A stretch of DNA of 64,000 nt from assembly GCA_038998335.1 (NCBI GenBank), contig JAVZHQ010000001.1, positions 352,001-416,000 on the forward strand. Direction: 5' to 3'. Both the position numbers and the translations under genes were made by a program. The notes below the pieces were generated by a model. The model ran no database searches, had not been told where the DNA came from, and saw only the letters and a list, made by a program, of their open reading frames with translations. The DNA comes from Candidatus Aenigmatarchaeota archaeon (GTDB lineage Archaea > Aenigmatarchaeota > Aenigmatarchaeia > CG10238-14 > SCSR01). This document shows, one piece after another, positions 1 to 10,136 of the stretch (position 1 is its first letter; every line of letters starts with the position of its first letter).

Positions 1-699
1 ACCATAGCTGAACTGATAGATGAAGGGATTTTTAAGATAACAAAAGATGGGATAAGCCTAACTGCTGCTGACAGAGCTTTGGTAGCAGTAGTTGATTTTA
101 AAATTTCCTCAAAAGCTTTCGATGAATATGAAGTTGAAAAAGAGCAATCCATAGGAGTAAACATGGGTAATTTCTTGTCAGTACTAAAAAGAGCTGGAGG
201 TGGAGATAAAGCAACTTTTAGACTTCAAGATTCTAAACTTGAAGTAGTTATCGAAAATTCTTCAAGAAGAAGGTTTGTTGTTCCTTTAATAGACTTAAGT
301 CAAGAAGAAGTTCCTCCTATAGAGCAACTTGAGTTTACTTCAAAAGCTGAGCTTAAGCCTGAGATTTTAGAGGCTGGAGTTGAAGATGCTGAAGTTGTTT
401 CTGATTCCATTGTTTTTGAGGCTTCAAGAGAAAAGTTTTCAATGATAGCAGAAGGCGACATAAGTTCTGCTCAACTTGAACTTGAAAAAGGGAATGAAGC
501 CCTTCTTGAACTAAAGGCTGACGGAAACATTAAGGCAAGATACCCATTAGATTATTTGAAAAAGATGGTAAAGGCAGCTAAGATTGCTGATTCAGTAACT
601 CTAGAATGGGGTCAAGATTATCCTATGAAGTTAAGCTTTAAGCTTGAGGATAAGCTAAGCTTGAGTTTTGTGCTTGCTCCAAGAGTAATGGAAGAGTAA
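1..699 (+). CDS. pcn: Proliferating cell nuclear antigen (sliding clamp), 5'-truncated by window edge
   Basis: Frame open from base 1 (TIAELIDEGIFKITKDGISLTAADRA); C-terminal LAPRV; YPLDYL motif. Confidence 0.95.
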   Translation, partial: TIAELIDEGIFKITKDGISLTAADRALVAVVDFKISSKAFDEYEVEKEQSIGVNMGNFLSVLKRAGGGDKATFRLQDSKLEVVIENSSRRRFVVPLIDLSQEEVPPIEQLEFTSKAELKPEILEAGVEDAEVVSDSIVFEASREKFSMIAEGDISSAQLELEKGNEALLELKADGNIKARYPLDYLKKMVKAAKIADSVTLEWGQDYPMKLSFKLEDKLSLSFVLAPRVMEE

Positions 700-701
700 G
701 C

Positions 702-1310
702 TCATTTAATTATAGCAGTTAAATCTTTAAAAGAAGTTACCTTAATTTCATAAGTTCTTCCTTCCAAATCTTTTAAAGTAAAGTCATGAACCTTTTTATG
801 AGAAATTCCTCTTACATAGCTAGTTGCTCCACAACAATCTGAAACTATTATTACCTTATAATTTCTTTGGTAAGCTCCTTCTGCAGTAGCCCTAACACAA
901 TTATTCGTTAAAACTCCGCAGAGAATAACAGTACCTATATTTAAACCTTCTAAAATTTCTTCTAAATTCGTTTTAAAAAATGCGTCGAACCTATCTTTTC
1001 TTATTATTATGTCCTTATCCTTAGGTTTTATTTCCTCTATTATCTCCCAGCCTTTTGTACCTTCTATACAAGCTCTAACATTTTCTGGTTCTCCTATTTC
1101 TGCATTACTCTTATCAGGCTTAATAGTATGCTGAGTGTAAATGATGGGAATCTTTTTACTTCTGCAAAATTCTATCAGATTTTTTACTTTTTTTATTAGC
1201 TTTTCATCAAGCATTTCGCAAGAATATTCTGACTTTCCTTTTTTAAAATCATTTTGCATATCAATAACAAGCAAAGCTGGTTTCATTTTCCCAAAAAGAA
1301 ATTGATTCAA
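702..1310 (-). CDS. Isochorismatase/cysteine hydrolase family
   Basis: ALLVIDMQNDF, K-x-RFDAF, GVLTNNCV motifs. Confidence 0.9.
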   Translation of the reverse strand: MNQFLFGKMKPALLVIDMQNDFKKGKSEYSCEMLDEKLIKKVKNLIEFCRSKKIPIIYTQHTIKPDKSNAEIGEPENVRACIEGTKGWEIIEEIKPKDKDIIIRKDRFDAFFKTNLEEILEGLNIGTVILCGVLTNNCVRATAEGAYQRNYKVIIVSDCCGATSYVRGISHKKVHDFTLKDLEGRTYEIKVTSFKDLTAIIK

Positions 1311-1313
1311 ACG

Positions 1314-2081
1314 CTATAAATACCTTAACTCTTCCTCGCCTTTAATTCTTGCAACAACTTCTACTATATCCTCAAACCTTGCATGCTTTATTCTTTTAAG
1401 CATAGTCTCTTCTGTTTGGAAAATTCCTGCAGGATTCTCCATAGTTACTTCAATTCTTAAAGGCTTTTTCTCTCCTTCTAAAAACTTAACTTCTTCTATA
1501 GCCAAAGCAGAAAACTTGTGAATATCAGTTTTACCTACACTAAAAGGAATTCTAGCTCTCCACTTTGTTATATCTGTAGAGTCAGCAACTTCTACTAATC
1601 TTGCTTCAAAACTTGTTGCATCTTGGTAACCCATATGGCAAACTATTGATTCAAGAACAAAGCAGGCAATTCTATCCATTTTTTCTCTTTTATAAAACTT
1701 TTTTAGTATTCTTTGAATTATGGGATAAGCAATAACTGCTCCTATCAAATCATGCCCTTCTCTACAAACTGAACAACCAATATCATGCAAATAAGCTCCT
1801 AAAATTATGGCAATTTTTGCATCCTCTTCGTTTCCAATTTTTTCAGTTATTATATTTGGCTTAAACCCTTTTTTAAAAAGAATTTCAAAAATTTTTAAAG
1901 CGTTTAAAGCAGAAATTTCAGCATGTATTTTTCCATGATCGTTATACCCTAATCTTAAAACAGCAAGATTATTTGCTTGCTCAAGAAAAACATCAATTTC
2001 CTTATCTTTAAGTAAAAGGTTGATTAACTTTTTTAGTTTTGAGGTTTTTGCCATCTTTCTAAGTTCTTTTTCTACTTCCAT
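1314..2081 (-). CDS. HD-superfamily phosphohydrolase
   Basis: NDHG-x-x-H, YLHDIG, VADSTD motifs. Confidence 0.85.
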   Translation of the reverse strand: MEVEKELRKMAKTSKLKKLINLLLKDKEIDVFLEQANNLAVLRLGYNDHGKIHAEISALNALKIFEILFKKGFKPNIITEKIGNEEDAKIAIILGAYLHDIGCSVCREGHDLIGAVIAYPIIQRILKKFYKREKMDRIACFVLESIVCHMGYQDATSFEARLVEVADSTDITKWRARIPFSVGKTDIHKFSALAIEEVKFLEGEKKPLRIEVTMENPAGIFQTEETMLKRIKHARFEDIVEVVARIKGEEELRYL

Positions 2082-2114
2082 TTTAATTATTTTATATTTT
2101 TTAATAAAAATCTT

Positions 2115-2636
2115 TTATTCAAGAATTTTTCTCTCAATTTTAACAAATTCCTTATGTCTTTTCTCTATATCCTCTAAAGTTTTTTGTATTAGCTTATGCC
2201 TCTCTTCAAGCTCTTTTGGAATAGGCAAACCTTTAGCTTTATAGTAATTGTAGATTGCTTCATGCAAAGCATCTAAAGCAAGAATTGAACAATGCAGCTT
2301 TATAGGAGGAATCTTTTTCTTTCCACCAAGTTTTTTTATTAAATCCTCTTTATCAATTTTAAGCGCTTCTTCAAAACTTTTACCTTTTACCATAGTTGTA
2401 AGCATACTAGTATTTGCTACTGCAACGATACAGCCAAAAACTTCTCCTTTTACGTCAGAAATCCTTAACTTTCCTTTTGAATCTTTTTTAACCTTAATGT
2501 AAATTCTCATCACATCTCCACACATAGGATTTCCTGCCTCTCCTATTGCGTCAGAGTTTTTCATTCTTCCTAGATTTTTTGGATTTTTAAAATGCTTGAG
2601 TATTTCTTTTGAGTAAGGCAAAGCAATTTTTCTCAT
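2115..2636 (-). CDS. iscU: Fe-S cluster scaffold IscU/NifU
   Basis: HF-x-NP-x-N, GNPMCGD, FGC, KLHCS. Confidence 0.95.
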   Translation of the reverse strand: MRKIALPYSKEILKHFKNPKNLGRMKNSDAIGEAGNPMCGDVMRIYIKVKKDSKGKLRISDVKGEVFGCIVAVANTSMLTTMVKGKSFEEALKIDKEDLIKKLGGKKKIPPIKLHCSILALDALHEAIYNYYKAKGLPIPKELEERHKLIQKTLEDIEKRHKEFVKIERKILE

Positions 2637-3067
2637 TCTAAGTCCTCCTCTGTATAAACTTTTATTCCGTTTTTGCTTAGCAAAGCAGCAGTAACTCCAT
2701 TACCCTTTCTAACTTTTCCGTTAATCCAAGTCTTTCCAAAACCACAAGAAGGACTTCTTGCCTTAAGTATTGCTTCCTCTACTTTAAAAAGTTTTGCTAT
2801 TCTTAAAACTTCTTTCGCTCCTTTAATAAAATTTTTTGTTAAATCCTTTCCTGTTTTTGACAGAACTTTTCCTTTATTTTTAAGCACATATTCTCCACTT
2901 TTAGTTAAGTTCGCAGGCTCTCTAGGCGTAGGTAAACCTCCTAGCTCCTCAGGGCAAACAGGAATTGCTTCTCCTCTTTTCACCATTTCCAATACTTTTT
3001 TGTTTAAGTTATTTTTTCCGTCATACTTGCAATTTATTCCTGCCAAACAAGCACTAACTATCTTCAA
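2633..3067 (-). CDS. DUF523 / 2-thiouracil desulfurase-like protein
   Basis: VSACLAG, VCPE-x-x-GGLPTPR, SPSCG. Confidence 0.9.
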   Translation of the reverse strand: MKIVSACLAGINCKYDGKNNLNKKVLEMVKRGEAIPVCPEELGGLPTPREPANLTKSGEYVLKNKGKVLSKTGKDLTKNFIKGAKEVLRIAKLFKVEEAILKARSPSCGFGKTWINGKVRKGNGVTAALLSKNGIKVYTEEDLE

Positions 3068-3068
3068 A

Positions 3069-4226
3069 TTACCAACTTCCTTTATAAGGTGAAACCTTCC
3101 TTAAATTCTCTACAGCCTTAGGTAAAACTTCTAAAACATAATCTATTTCTTCTCTCTTTGTCCATCTTCCAAGGCTTAATCTCAAGCTTCCATGAGCTTG
3201 ATGATGCTTTAAACCTATTGCAAGTAGAACATGGCTTGGCTCTAAGCTTTCAGAAGAGCAGGCACTTCCTGTTGAAGCTGCTATTCCTTTTATATCCAAA
3301 GCCATTACTAGGCTTTCTCCTTCTATAAAATCAAACCAAAAGTTTGATATGTTTGGGAGCCTTTTTTCAGGATGTCCGTTCAGATGAGAGTTTTTTATTT
3401 TTAGAACTCCTTTTTCCATTTTTATTCTTAATTTTTCTATTCTCTTGCTTTCTCTTTTCATTTCTTTTTTTGCGATTTCTGCAGCAGCTCCAAAACCTAC
3501 TATTCCAGCAACATTTACTGTGCTTGAACGCAAGCCAAACTCGTGGCCACCACCATGAAGCAAAGGCTCTATCTTAACACCTTCCCTTATAAACAAAGCA
3601 CCTACTCCTTTTGGTCCATAAATCTTGTGAGCACTTACAGTTAACAAATCAACTTTCATTTTCTTTACATCAAGAGGAATTTTCCCGTAGCTTTGGGCTG
3701 CATCTGTATGAAAATAGACTCCATGCTCAGAACAAATCTTTCCTATTTCTTCTATTGGTTCTACAGTTCCTATTTCATTGTTTGCGTGCATTATCGAAAC
3801 TAAAATCGTATCTTTTCTAATAGCTTTTTCAACATCGTTAGGATTAACTAAACCATACTTATCAACAGGCAAATAAGTTACTTCAAAACCTTGTTTCTCT
3901 AACCATTTTGCTGTATCTAGAACTGCATGATGCTCAATGGAAGAGACTATTATATGCTTTCCCTTTTCTTTATTAGCAAATGCTACTCCTTTCAAAGCTA
4001 AGTTATCACTTTCTGTAGCACTTCCTGTAAATATTATTTCGCTAGCTTCTGCGTTCATTAGAGCAGCAACTTTTTCTCTTGCATCTTCTAAAGCACTTTT
4101 TGCTTCCCTTCCAAAAGAGTGTAAGCTCATAGTATTTCCAAATTTTTTTGTAAAATAAGGTTTCATAGCTTCAAAAACTCTAGGGTCAAGAGGAGTTGTT
4201 GCTGCATAATCAAGATAAACTCTCAT
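3069..4226 (-). CDS. iscS: Cysteine desulfurase IscS/NifS (probable start 4226)
   Basis: YLDYAATTP, SAHKIYGPKG, STGSACSS. Confidence 0.95.
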   Translation of the reverse strand: MRVYLDYAATTPLDPRVFEAMKPYFTKKFGNTMSLHSFGREAKSALEDAREKVAALMNAEASEIIFTGSATESDNLALKGVAFANKEKGKHIIVSSIEHHAVLDTAKWLEKQGFEVTYLPVDKYGLVNPNDVEKAIRKDTILVSIMHANNEIGTVEPIEEIGKICSEHGVYFHTDAAQSYGKIPLDVKKMKVDLLTVSAHKIYGPKGVGALFIREGVKIEPLLHGGGHEFGLRSSTVNVAGIVGFGAAAEIAKKEMKRESKRIEKLRIKMEKGVLKIKNSHLNGHPEKRLPNISNFWFDFIEGESLVMALDIKGIAASTGSACSSESLEPSHVLLAIGLKHHQAHGSLRLSLGRWTKREEIDYVLEVLPKAVENLRKVSPYKGSW

Positions 4227-4278
4227 GAAAAATATAACAGCGTTATAATATTTAAGCTTAACTGAGAAATAATAAAGT

Positions 4279-4656
4279 ATGAAGCCATTTTGTGAAATCA
4301 TAGTTTCCTCTGTTCTACCATCAATAAGGTCTTTGATAGCAAAAGAGCTTGTAATGAGCTATAATTTAACTCAGGAAGAGGCAGCTAAGCTCTTAGGATT
4401 AACTCAAGCAGCAATCTCACAGTATTACAGAGAATCAAGAGGAAGAAAAGTTAAACTGTTAGAAAACAACAGAAAAGTTATAAGAATGGTTAAGGAGCTT
4501 GGGAAGAAAATAGTGGAAGAAAGAATAGATGTCATAAAAATACAAAAAGAGTTTTGCAGGATTTGTAAGGAAGTAAGAAAAGAGAAAATAATTTGCAAGT
4601 TGCATAAGGATATTTACCCTTCCATAACTTCTTGTAAGGAATGTCCTATTTGCTAG
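4279..4656 (+). CDS. HTH transcriptional regulator with Cys-rich C-terminus
   Basis: PCE...LTQEEAAKLLGLTQAAISQY...RG HTH; CxxC/CxxH/CxxCxxC tail. Confidence 0.8.
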   Translation: MKPFCEIIVSSVLPSIRSLIAKELVMSYNLTQEEAAKLLGLTQAAISQYYRESRGRKVKLLENNRKVIRMVKELGKKIVEERIDVIKIQKEFCRICKEVRKEKIICKLHKDIYPSITSCKECPIC

Positions 4657-5657
4657 CCACAACTTCCGGAAGGAGTAGAGCTTGAAGTAGAAGTTATGTT
4701 TTGAGAACATTCTGAAGGTTGAGTAATAAACCCAGAGCAAATAGCTTTCTTAAAAGCTTCAGAGCTTCTGGTTCCTGTATATCTTGCTCCGTTTATTATT
4801 AAAGTTGGCGAGCCTGTTATTCCATATTGGTCTGTTAATTGCTCATCAGCTTTGAGCAATTCTACCCCTTCAGAACCATAAGCACATTTTTCTATTTTCT
4901 CAACATCTATTCCAAACTTTTGTGCAGTCTTTTTCCAGCATTCATCAAGCTTTTGATCATCTCTGTATAAAGAATAGCAATTGTTGTTAAATTCCATCAA
5001 ATAATCCCAATAAGTTTTTTGAGTGTAATACTTCATCATACAAGCCTGTCTTGCATCTTCTTTTGCTTCATTTGGTCCGTGTAAAGAATTAACAGAATCT
5101 ATTGTGTTTCCAGCTACGTTAACTATAAAGTGAATTTTTATGTCAGCTTTTGTTCCTAACAAATCAACAACAGGTTTCATCAAATTCTCTGCTTGCACCC
5201 CATAAGGACAAAAACTCATGACAAAAAGCTTTACTTCAGGTTTTTCTTTATCTGGAGCGTCAAATTCTTGGGTTGAGGGTTGAGTCTGAACTAATGGTTG
5301 AGAAGTATTAAAAGCTGAGAGAAATAGCATGGAACCATCTTTGGAAATATAGACAGGAATCTGACTTCCTTGATAAGAAGTCACAACTCTATAAACTGAA
5401 CCTATGTCTTCAACAGAAACCAAAGAAGCAGAAGTTCCTGCTTGAACAAGGTTTTGATTTATATAATCTATAGCTTTTTTGCCAGCTTCTTCTGCAGGTA
5501 AAACTTGAACCGCAAAGCCAGTTGGGCTACTAGGCTTAAAAAACCAAACCGCAATTACAGCAAAAGCTAAAATAACAGTAGAAACAGTCCAAGCATTAAT
5601 CTTTGGAATTTTAAGAGAAATTTTCACTTTTTGCTCTTGTTGTTGCTCTTCTGCCAT
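4653..5657 (-). CDS. Membrane-anchored DsbA/thioredoxin-fold protein
   Basis: N-terminal TM, FVMSFCPYG, GSPTLIING. Confidence 0.8.
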   Translation of the reverse strand: MAEEQQQEQKVKISLKIPKINAWTVSTVILAFAVIAVWFFKPSSPTGFAVQVLPAEEAGKKAIDYINQNLVQAGTSASLVSVEDIGSVYRVVTSYQGSQIPVYISKDGSMLFLSAFNTSQPLVQTQPSTQEFDAPDKEKPEVKLFVMSFCPYGVQAENLMKPVVDLLGTKADIKIHFIVNVAGNTIDSVNSLHGPNEAKEDARQACMMKYYTQKTYWDYLMEFNNNCYSLYRDDQKLDECWKKTAQKFGIDVEKIEKCAYGSEGVELLKADEQLTDQYGITGSPTLIINGARYTGTRSSEAFKKAICSGFITQPSECSQNITSTSSSTPSGSCG

Positions 5658-5698
5658 TCTATCTACTCTTTAAACTTAACTTTAAATGCTTTTAAGCT

Positions 5699-5956
5699 TT
5701 ACTCTAACTCTAAAGCTTTTTTAATTGCGTTAACGTCAAAGCCAACTATTATCTTGTCATCTATTTCTATTACCGGAACTCCCATCTGCCCAGATTTTTC
5801 TATCATCTCTATAGCAGCCTCTCTGTCAGAAGAAACATCTATTTCTTCATACTCGATATTGTTTTCTCTGAAAAAAGTTTTAGCCATCTCACAATAAGGG
5901 CATGTTGGTGTAGTATAAATTTTTACTTTTTTCATAGCTATTCTATCCTTTTTCAT
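5699..5956 (-). CDS. Glutaredoxin (NrdH/YruB-like)
   Basis: CPYC, GVPV, GFD. Confidence 0.9.
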   Translation of the reverse strand: MKKDRIAMKKVKIYTTPTCPYCEMAKTFFRENNIEYEEIDVSSDREAAIEMIEKSGQMGVPVIEIDDKIIVGFDVNAIKKALELE

Positions 5957-5994
5957 TTATTTAAAATTTATTCTTCACAGAAACCAAAATTATA

Positions 5995-6876
5995 TTGATG
6001 ATTAGAAAGTATGGAATAGCTGGTTTGCTTATAATAATCTTCGCTGAAATAACCATGTTCTTAAGAATTAAACCATTTGTCTACTGGTTTACTCCCTTAG
6101 TTTGGCTTGGCTATATTCTTTTTGTTGATAGTGTTGTTTTCATGCTTAAAGGAAGCTCTTTAATAACAAGAAAAAGGCTTAAGCTTGCGTTTATTTTTTT
6201 AATTTCCTTATTTTTTTGGTTGATCTTTGAGTTTTACAACATTTTCCTTGGAGGTTGGTATTACAAAAACTTGCCAGAATCTACAGTAGAAAAACTAGCT
6301 ATGGGTTACTTATCTTTTTCAACTATTGTGCCAGCAGTTTTTGAAACTAGCGAATTAATTCAAACTGCATTCTTCAAGGAAAATATTAAAATAAAAGCAA
6401 GAATCAAGTACAACAAGAATTTAACCAGAATCTTAATTCTCACAGGAATAGCTTTTATGATTTTGCCATTTTTCTTTTCTTCTCCTATAATGTGGGTTTT
6501 TGTTTGGTCGGGTTTTATTCTCATCATCGACCCTATTCTCTACATGCTTAAGAATAAGAAATCGATAATAGCTCAACTAGAAGAAAAAAGATATGGAAAA
6601 ATAATTTCCCTTTTTGTAGCAGGCTATATTTGCGGTTTTCTTTGGGAATTCTGGAATTACTGGGCTTACACGAAATGGTATTATACTGTACCTATTCTTG
6701 AAGAAATAAAAATATTTGAGATTCCTGCTGTTGGATTTTTAGCTTATGGCTTTTTTGCTTTAGAGCTTTATGTAATGTATAATTTTATAAGATTTTTCTT
6801 TTCTCCCAAGATTTTTGAGATTCTAGCTTCCTACCAAACAAAAGAATTAAAAATGCCAAATAAGCTTAGAAGCTAG
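5995..6876 (+). CDS. Polytopic membrane protein of unknown function
   Basis: About 8 hydrophobic segments, WEFWNY, FEIP motifs. Confidence 0.7.
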   Translation: MMIRKYGIAGLLIIIFAEITMFLRIKPFVYWFTPLVWLGYILFVDSVVFMLKGSSLITRKRLKLAFIFLISLFFWLIFEFYNIFLGGWYYKNLPESTVEKLAMGYLSFSTIVPAVFETSELIQTAFFKENIKIKARIKYNKNLTRILILTGIAFMILPFFFSSPIMWVFVWSGFILIIDPILYMLKNKKSIIAQLEEKRYGKIISLFVAGYICGFLWEFWNYWAYTKWYYTVPILEEIKIFEIPAVGFLAYGFFALELYVMYNFIRFFFSPKIFEILASYQTKELKMPNKLRS

Positions 6877-7587
6877 CATTAGCAAAATTCCTACGATAAA
6901 AATTAAAAATAAAAGAGAAGATTTTTTAACTCCTTCTGCTTTTTTAATCTCAGGTATCATGTCAGAAGAAGAAATATAAATGAAACTCCCTGCTGCAAAA
7001 GGTAAAAGAAAAGAAGTAAACTTTTCTGTATGAGTAGAAACGAAAAATCCTAAGATTCCACCAGCAAAAGCTGTTAAAGCAACGAGAAAGTTTAGCATTA
7101 AAGCTTTCCTTTTCTTAAACTTGCTGTAGAGCAAAACTCCAAAGTCTCCTATTTCCTGTGGAATCTCATGAAAAATAACTGCTAAAGTAGTAATAATTCC
7201 TAAGCTAAAACTTGAGAGGAAACTTGCAGCTATTATTAAACCATCAACAAAATTGTGAATAGCGTCTGAAATCAAATTAACGTAGCCTAAAGTATGCACA
7301 TGCTCAACTTTATGACAATGGTGCCAAAGCAAAAATTTTTCTAGGAAAAAGAAAGAAACATAGCCAAACAAAACCGAGGAAAAAATTTCAACCCCTGAGC
7401 TTTTCTCCATAGCTTCAGGCAAAAGATGTAAAAAAGCTGCTCCTATTAAAGAGCCTGCAGAAAAAGCTACTAGAACCAAAAGAATTTTGCCAAGTAACTT
7501 TTCTTTTATTAGTAAAACTGCTAATCCTACAAAAGAGATTGAGCTTACTATAAAAGTGCTTGCCAGTATTGGTAAAATGTCCATCAT
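6847..7587 (-). CDS. ZIP family metal transporter
   Basis: HLLPEA, HNFVDG, HEIPQEIGDF. Confidence 0.93.
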   Translation of the reverse strand: MMDILPILASTFIVSSISFVGLAVLLIKEKLLGKILLVLVAFSAGSLIGAAFLHLLPEAMEKSSGVEIFSSVLFGYVSFFFLEKFLLWHHCHKVEHVHTLGYVNLISDAIHNFVDGLIIAASFLSSFSLGIITTLAVIFHEIPQEIGDFGVLLYSKFKKRKALMLNFLVALTAFAGGILGFFVSTHTEKFTSFLLPFAAGSFIYISSSDMIPEIKKAEGVKKSSLLFLIFIVGILLMLASKLIWHF

Positions 7588-7614
7588 TTATTAATACTAA
7601 GCTTAAAATAAAAA

Positions 7615-9051
7615 TTGATGCATGAAGCAGACTTGGTAGCAAAAAGCGTTGAAAAATGGCTTGGAAACCCTGTTTCAAGATTTCTTTTAAAATGGATTGC
7701 TAAAAGAGAAAACGGAGAAAGTAGGTTAGACAAAATTTTGAGAAAGTATGCTGGTGAAGATGTTAAACTAAGCTTACAAGAACTTTTAGGTTATAGAATA
7801 GTTAAGTTTGCTATAGAAAAAGGGGCAAAATCTTTTGGGGTCGAAGAAAAAGGAAAGGAAAAATTTATAGAATCCTTAAAAATACCAGTAGTTAGAAGAG
7901 GTCTAACAAACATTTTAGAAGGAATAGCTTATTATGGAGTTAAGAGACCTCAAACAACCTATGCCCCTTTTCTAATAGTCTGGGATTATACAAAAGCTTG
8001 TAACTTAAGATGTAAACATTGCTATGAAAATGCTTCGCCAAAACCTGCTCCTGATGAACTAACTACTCAAGAAGCTTTTGAAGCAATAGATGAATTCGCT
8101 TCTGCTGGAGTAGTAGCAATAGCTTTTTCTGGTGGCGAGCCTTTGATGAGGAAAGATTTCTTTGAAGTAGCAAGTTATGCTGCAAAAAAAGATTTTTACG
8201 TTTCCTTAGCAACAAACGGAACTTTGATAACGAAAGAAGTTGCAAAAAGATTAAAAGATTCTGGCGTTCAATATGTGGAAATTTCTCTTGACGGTTTCGA
8301 AGAAACTCATGACAAATTTAGAGGAATTCCTGGTGCTTGGAAAAAAACTGTAGAAGGAATAAGAAATTGTGTAGAAATTGGAATAGATACTTGCGTTGCT
8401 ACTACTGCCACTCACTATAACTTGAAAGAAATTCCAAAACTTATGGAATTTGCGGAAAAAGAGCTTTTTGCAGATAGATTCATAGTTTTTAATTATGTTC
8501 CTACAGGAAGAGGAAAAGAAATAGTAGAAGAAGACTTAACTCCTGAAGAAAGGGAAGAGCTTTTGGACTTTCTCTACTCAAAACTTATTGATTCAAACTG
8601 TAGATTAGATGTTTTTTCAACAGCTCCACAATATGCTGTAGCTTCTTTAAAGTATGCTAACAGCCCTGCAGTCGCTACTCATTTCACCAATAAGGAAGCG
8701 ATGGAACTGCTTAAAGGAAGAACAAAAACTTTAACTGAGTTTATAGGTGGATGTGGAGCTGGAAGACTTTATTGCGGAATGGAACCTAACGGTGATATTC
8801 AGCCATGCGTTTTCATTCCAATAAAAATTGGAAATATAAAGGAACAAAGCTTGATAGAAATTTGGAAAAATTCTCCTGTTTTGAAAGAAATAAGAAACAG
8901 AGACAAATTTGAAGGCTGTGGTAAATGTGATTATAAGTATGTTTGTGGAGGTTGTAGAGCAAGAGCCTATGGCTACTTTAAAGATTTAAAAGCTGCAGAC
9001 CCAAGTTGTAGTTTTAATAAAGTTTATTGGAAAAGAATTAAAACGTCTTAA
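7615..9051 (+). CDS. Radical SAM/SPASM domain protein
   Basis: CNLRCKHC, GGEP, C-terminal CGAG..PC..CxxC..C-GGC SPASM. Confidence 0.92.
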   Translation: MMHEADLVAKSVEKWLGNPVSRFLLKWIAKRENGESRLDKILRKYAGEDVKLSLQELLGYRIVKFAIEKGAKSFGVEEKGKEKFIESLKIPVVRRGLTNILEGIAYYGVKRPQTTYAPFLIVWDYTKACNLRCKHCYENASPKPAPDELTTQEAFEAIDEFASAGVVAIAFSGGEPLMRKDFFEVASYAAKKDFYVSLATNGTLITKEVAKRLKDSGVQYVEISLDGFEETHDKFRGIPGAWKKTVEGIRNCVEIGIDTCVATTATHYNLKEIPKLMEFAEKELFADRFIVFNYVPTGRGKEIVEEDLTPEEREELLDFLYSKLIDSNCRLDVFSTAPQYAVASLKYANSPAVATHFTNKEAMELLKGRTKTLTEFIGGCGAGRLYCGMEPNGDIQPCVFIPIKIGNIKEQSLIEIWKNSPVLKEIRNRDKFEGCGKCDYKYVCGGCRARAYGYFKDLKAADPSCSFNKVYWKRIKTS

Positions 9052-9132
9052 GTAGGATTTAGAATTTAATCAGAGAAATAAACTTAAATATTTTTAAAAT
9101 ATTTTAATAAACATCTGTAAGGATGTGATGAT

Positions 9133-9564
9133 ATGTCTGAAAGAGTAGAAAAATGGGAAGAATTTTTAAAATCATCAGATACGAATAGGATCTTAAACCA
9201 GGAAATAAACGAAAAATACAAAATGAATATAGAGGGGAAGGATTTAGATGTTTATCTAAAAATAATTAACCCATATATTCAAGAAAACCAACTCTATTTT
9301 AGAGTTTTAGCTATCAGGCTTGAAATACCTCTGAAAAGAACACCATCTGAGGAAGAAATAGAAAAGACAATAAAGGAAATACACTTATTACACAAGAATC
9401 GTATGTTTATGGAATGCTATGTTAAGGGGGTAGCCTTACCAAAGTGGCTTATAATAGGAGTAAGTAATTATGATGTAGATTCAAGAACAATAATTTCTTG
9501 TTTAAAAGGTGTGGACGAAGTAGTAAAAAAATACTGGCTAAATAGCATTGAAGGTTGTGTTTAA
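9133..9564 (+). CDS. Hypothetical protein
   Basis: 143-aa ORF with SD-like GTGA upstream; no recognised motif. Confidence 0.6.
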   Translation: MSERVEKWEEFLKSSDTNRILNQEINEKYKMNIEGKDLDVYLKIINPYIQENQLYFRVLAIRLEIPLKRTPSEEEIEKTIKEIHLLHKNRMFMECYVKGVALPKWLIIGVSNYDVDSRTIISCLKGVDEVVKKYWLNSIEGCV

Positions 9565-9581
9565 TTATCAAGAAAAGGAGA

Positions 9582-10043
9582 TTATAGAAGAAGTTTGGAA
9601 AATTTTTCTGAAATTTTTACCGTGTTAGTTTTCCCGTAGGCCTCTTTTTCTATAATCCCCTTTTTCTTTAAACTTTCAAGAACTCTGAAAGCCTTAACTT
9701 TTCCCAATTCGGAAGAAAGCTTGCTTTGAGTAATTTTTCCCTTGCTTTCTATAATTTTTTGAAGTACAGCTTTTTCTTCTGGATCTAAAAAATCAAGAAA
9801 AATTTTATAATCTTCTTTTCCTTTACTTTCTTCTATTTTAGGAAAAAGCAAGTAATAAACTATTGAACCTACAAAAATTCCAAGCGAAGAAAAGGTTGGA
9901 ATTAAAAGAGGGATGGGTAAAGTGCAAGAGCAAGCAGTTCCTTCTATTATATGAGTTTGAGCATAAAGGGTGCTAAAAGATACAGAAAAAATGAAGCCTG
10001 CTAAAATAATCACTATTATTATTAGTTTCTGTATTGTTCTCAC
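9582..10043 (-). CDS. Membrane-anchored winged-HTH protein
   Basis: Two TM segments then ITQSKL...LKKKGII...GKTN wHTH. Confidence 0.75.
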   Translation of the reverse strand: MRTIQKLIIIVIILAGFIFSVSFSTLYAQTHIIEGTACSCTLPIPLLIPTFSSLGIFVGSIVYYLLFPKIEESKGKEDYKIFLDFLDPEEKAVLQKIIESKGKITQSKLSSELGKVKAFRVLESLKKKGIIEKEAYGKTNTVKISEKFSKLLL

Positions 10044-10136
10044 TTTTAAAAGTTAGCTAACACTAAATTTAAGCTTTTTCCAGGTTTCAAAAATTGAAAC
10101 CAAAGTATAAATAAGGTTTCATTTTAACTTAAAATT

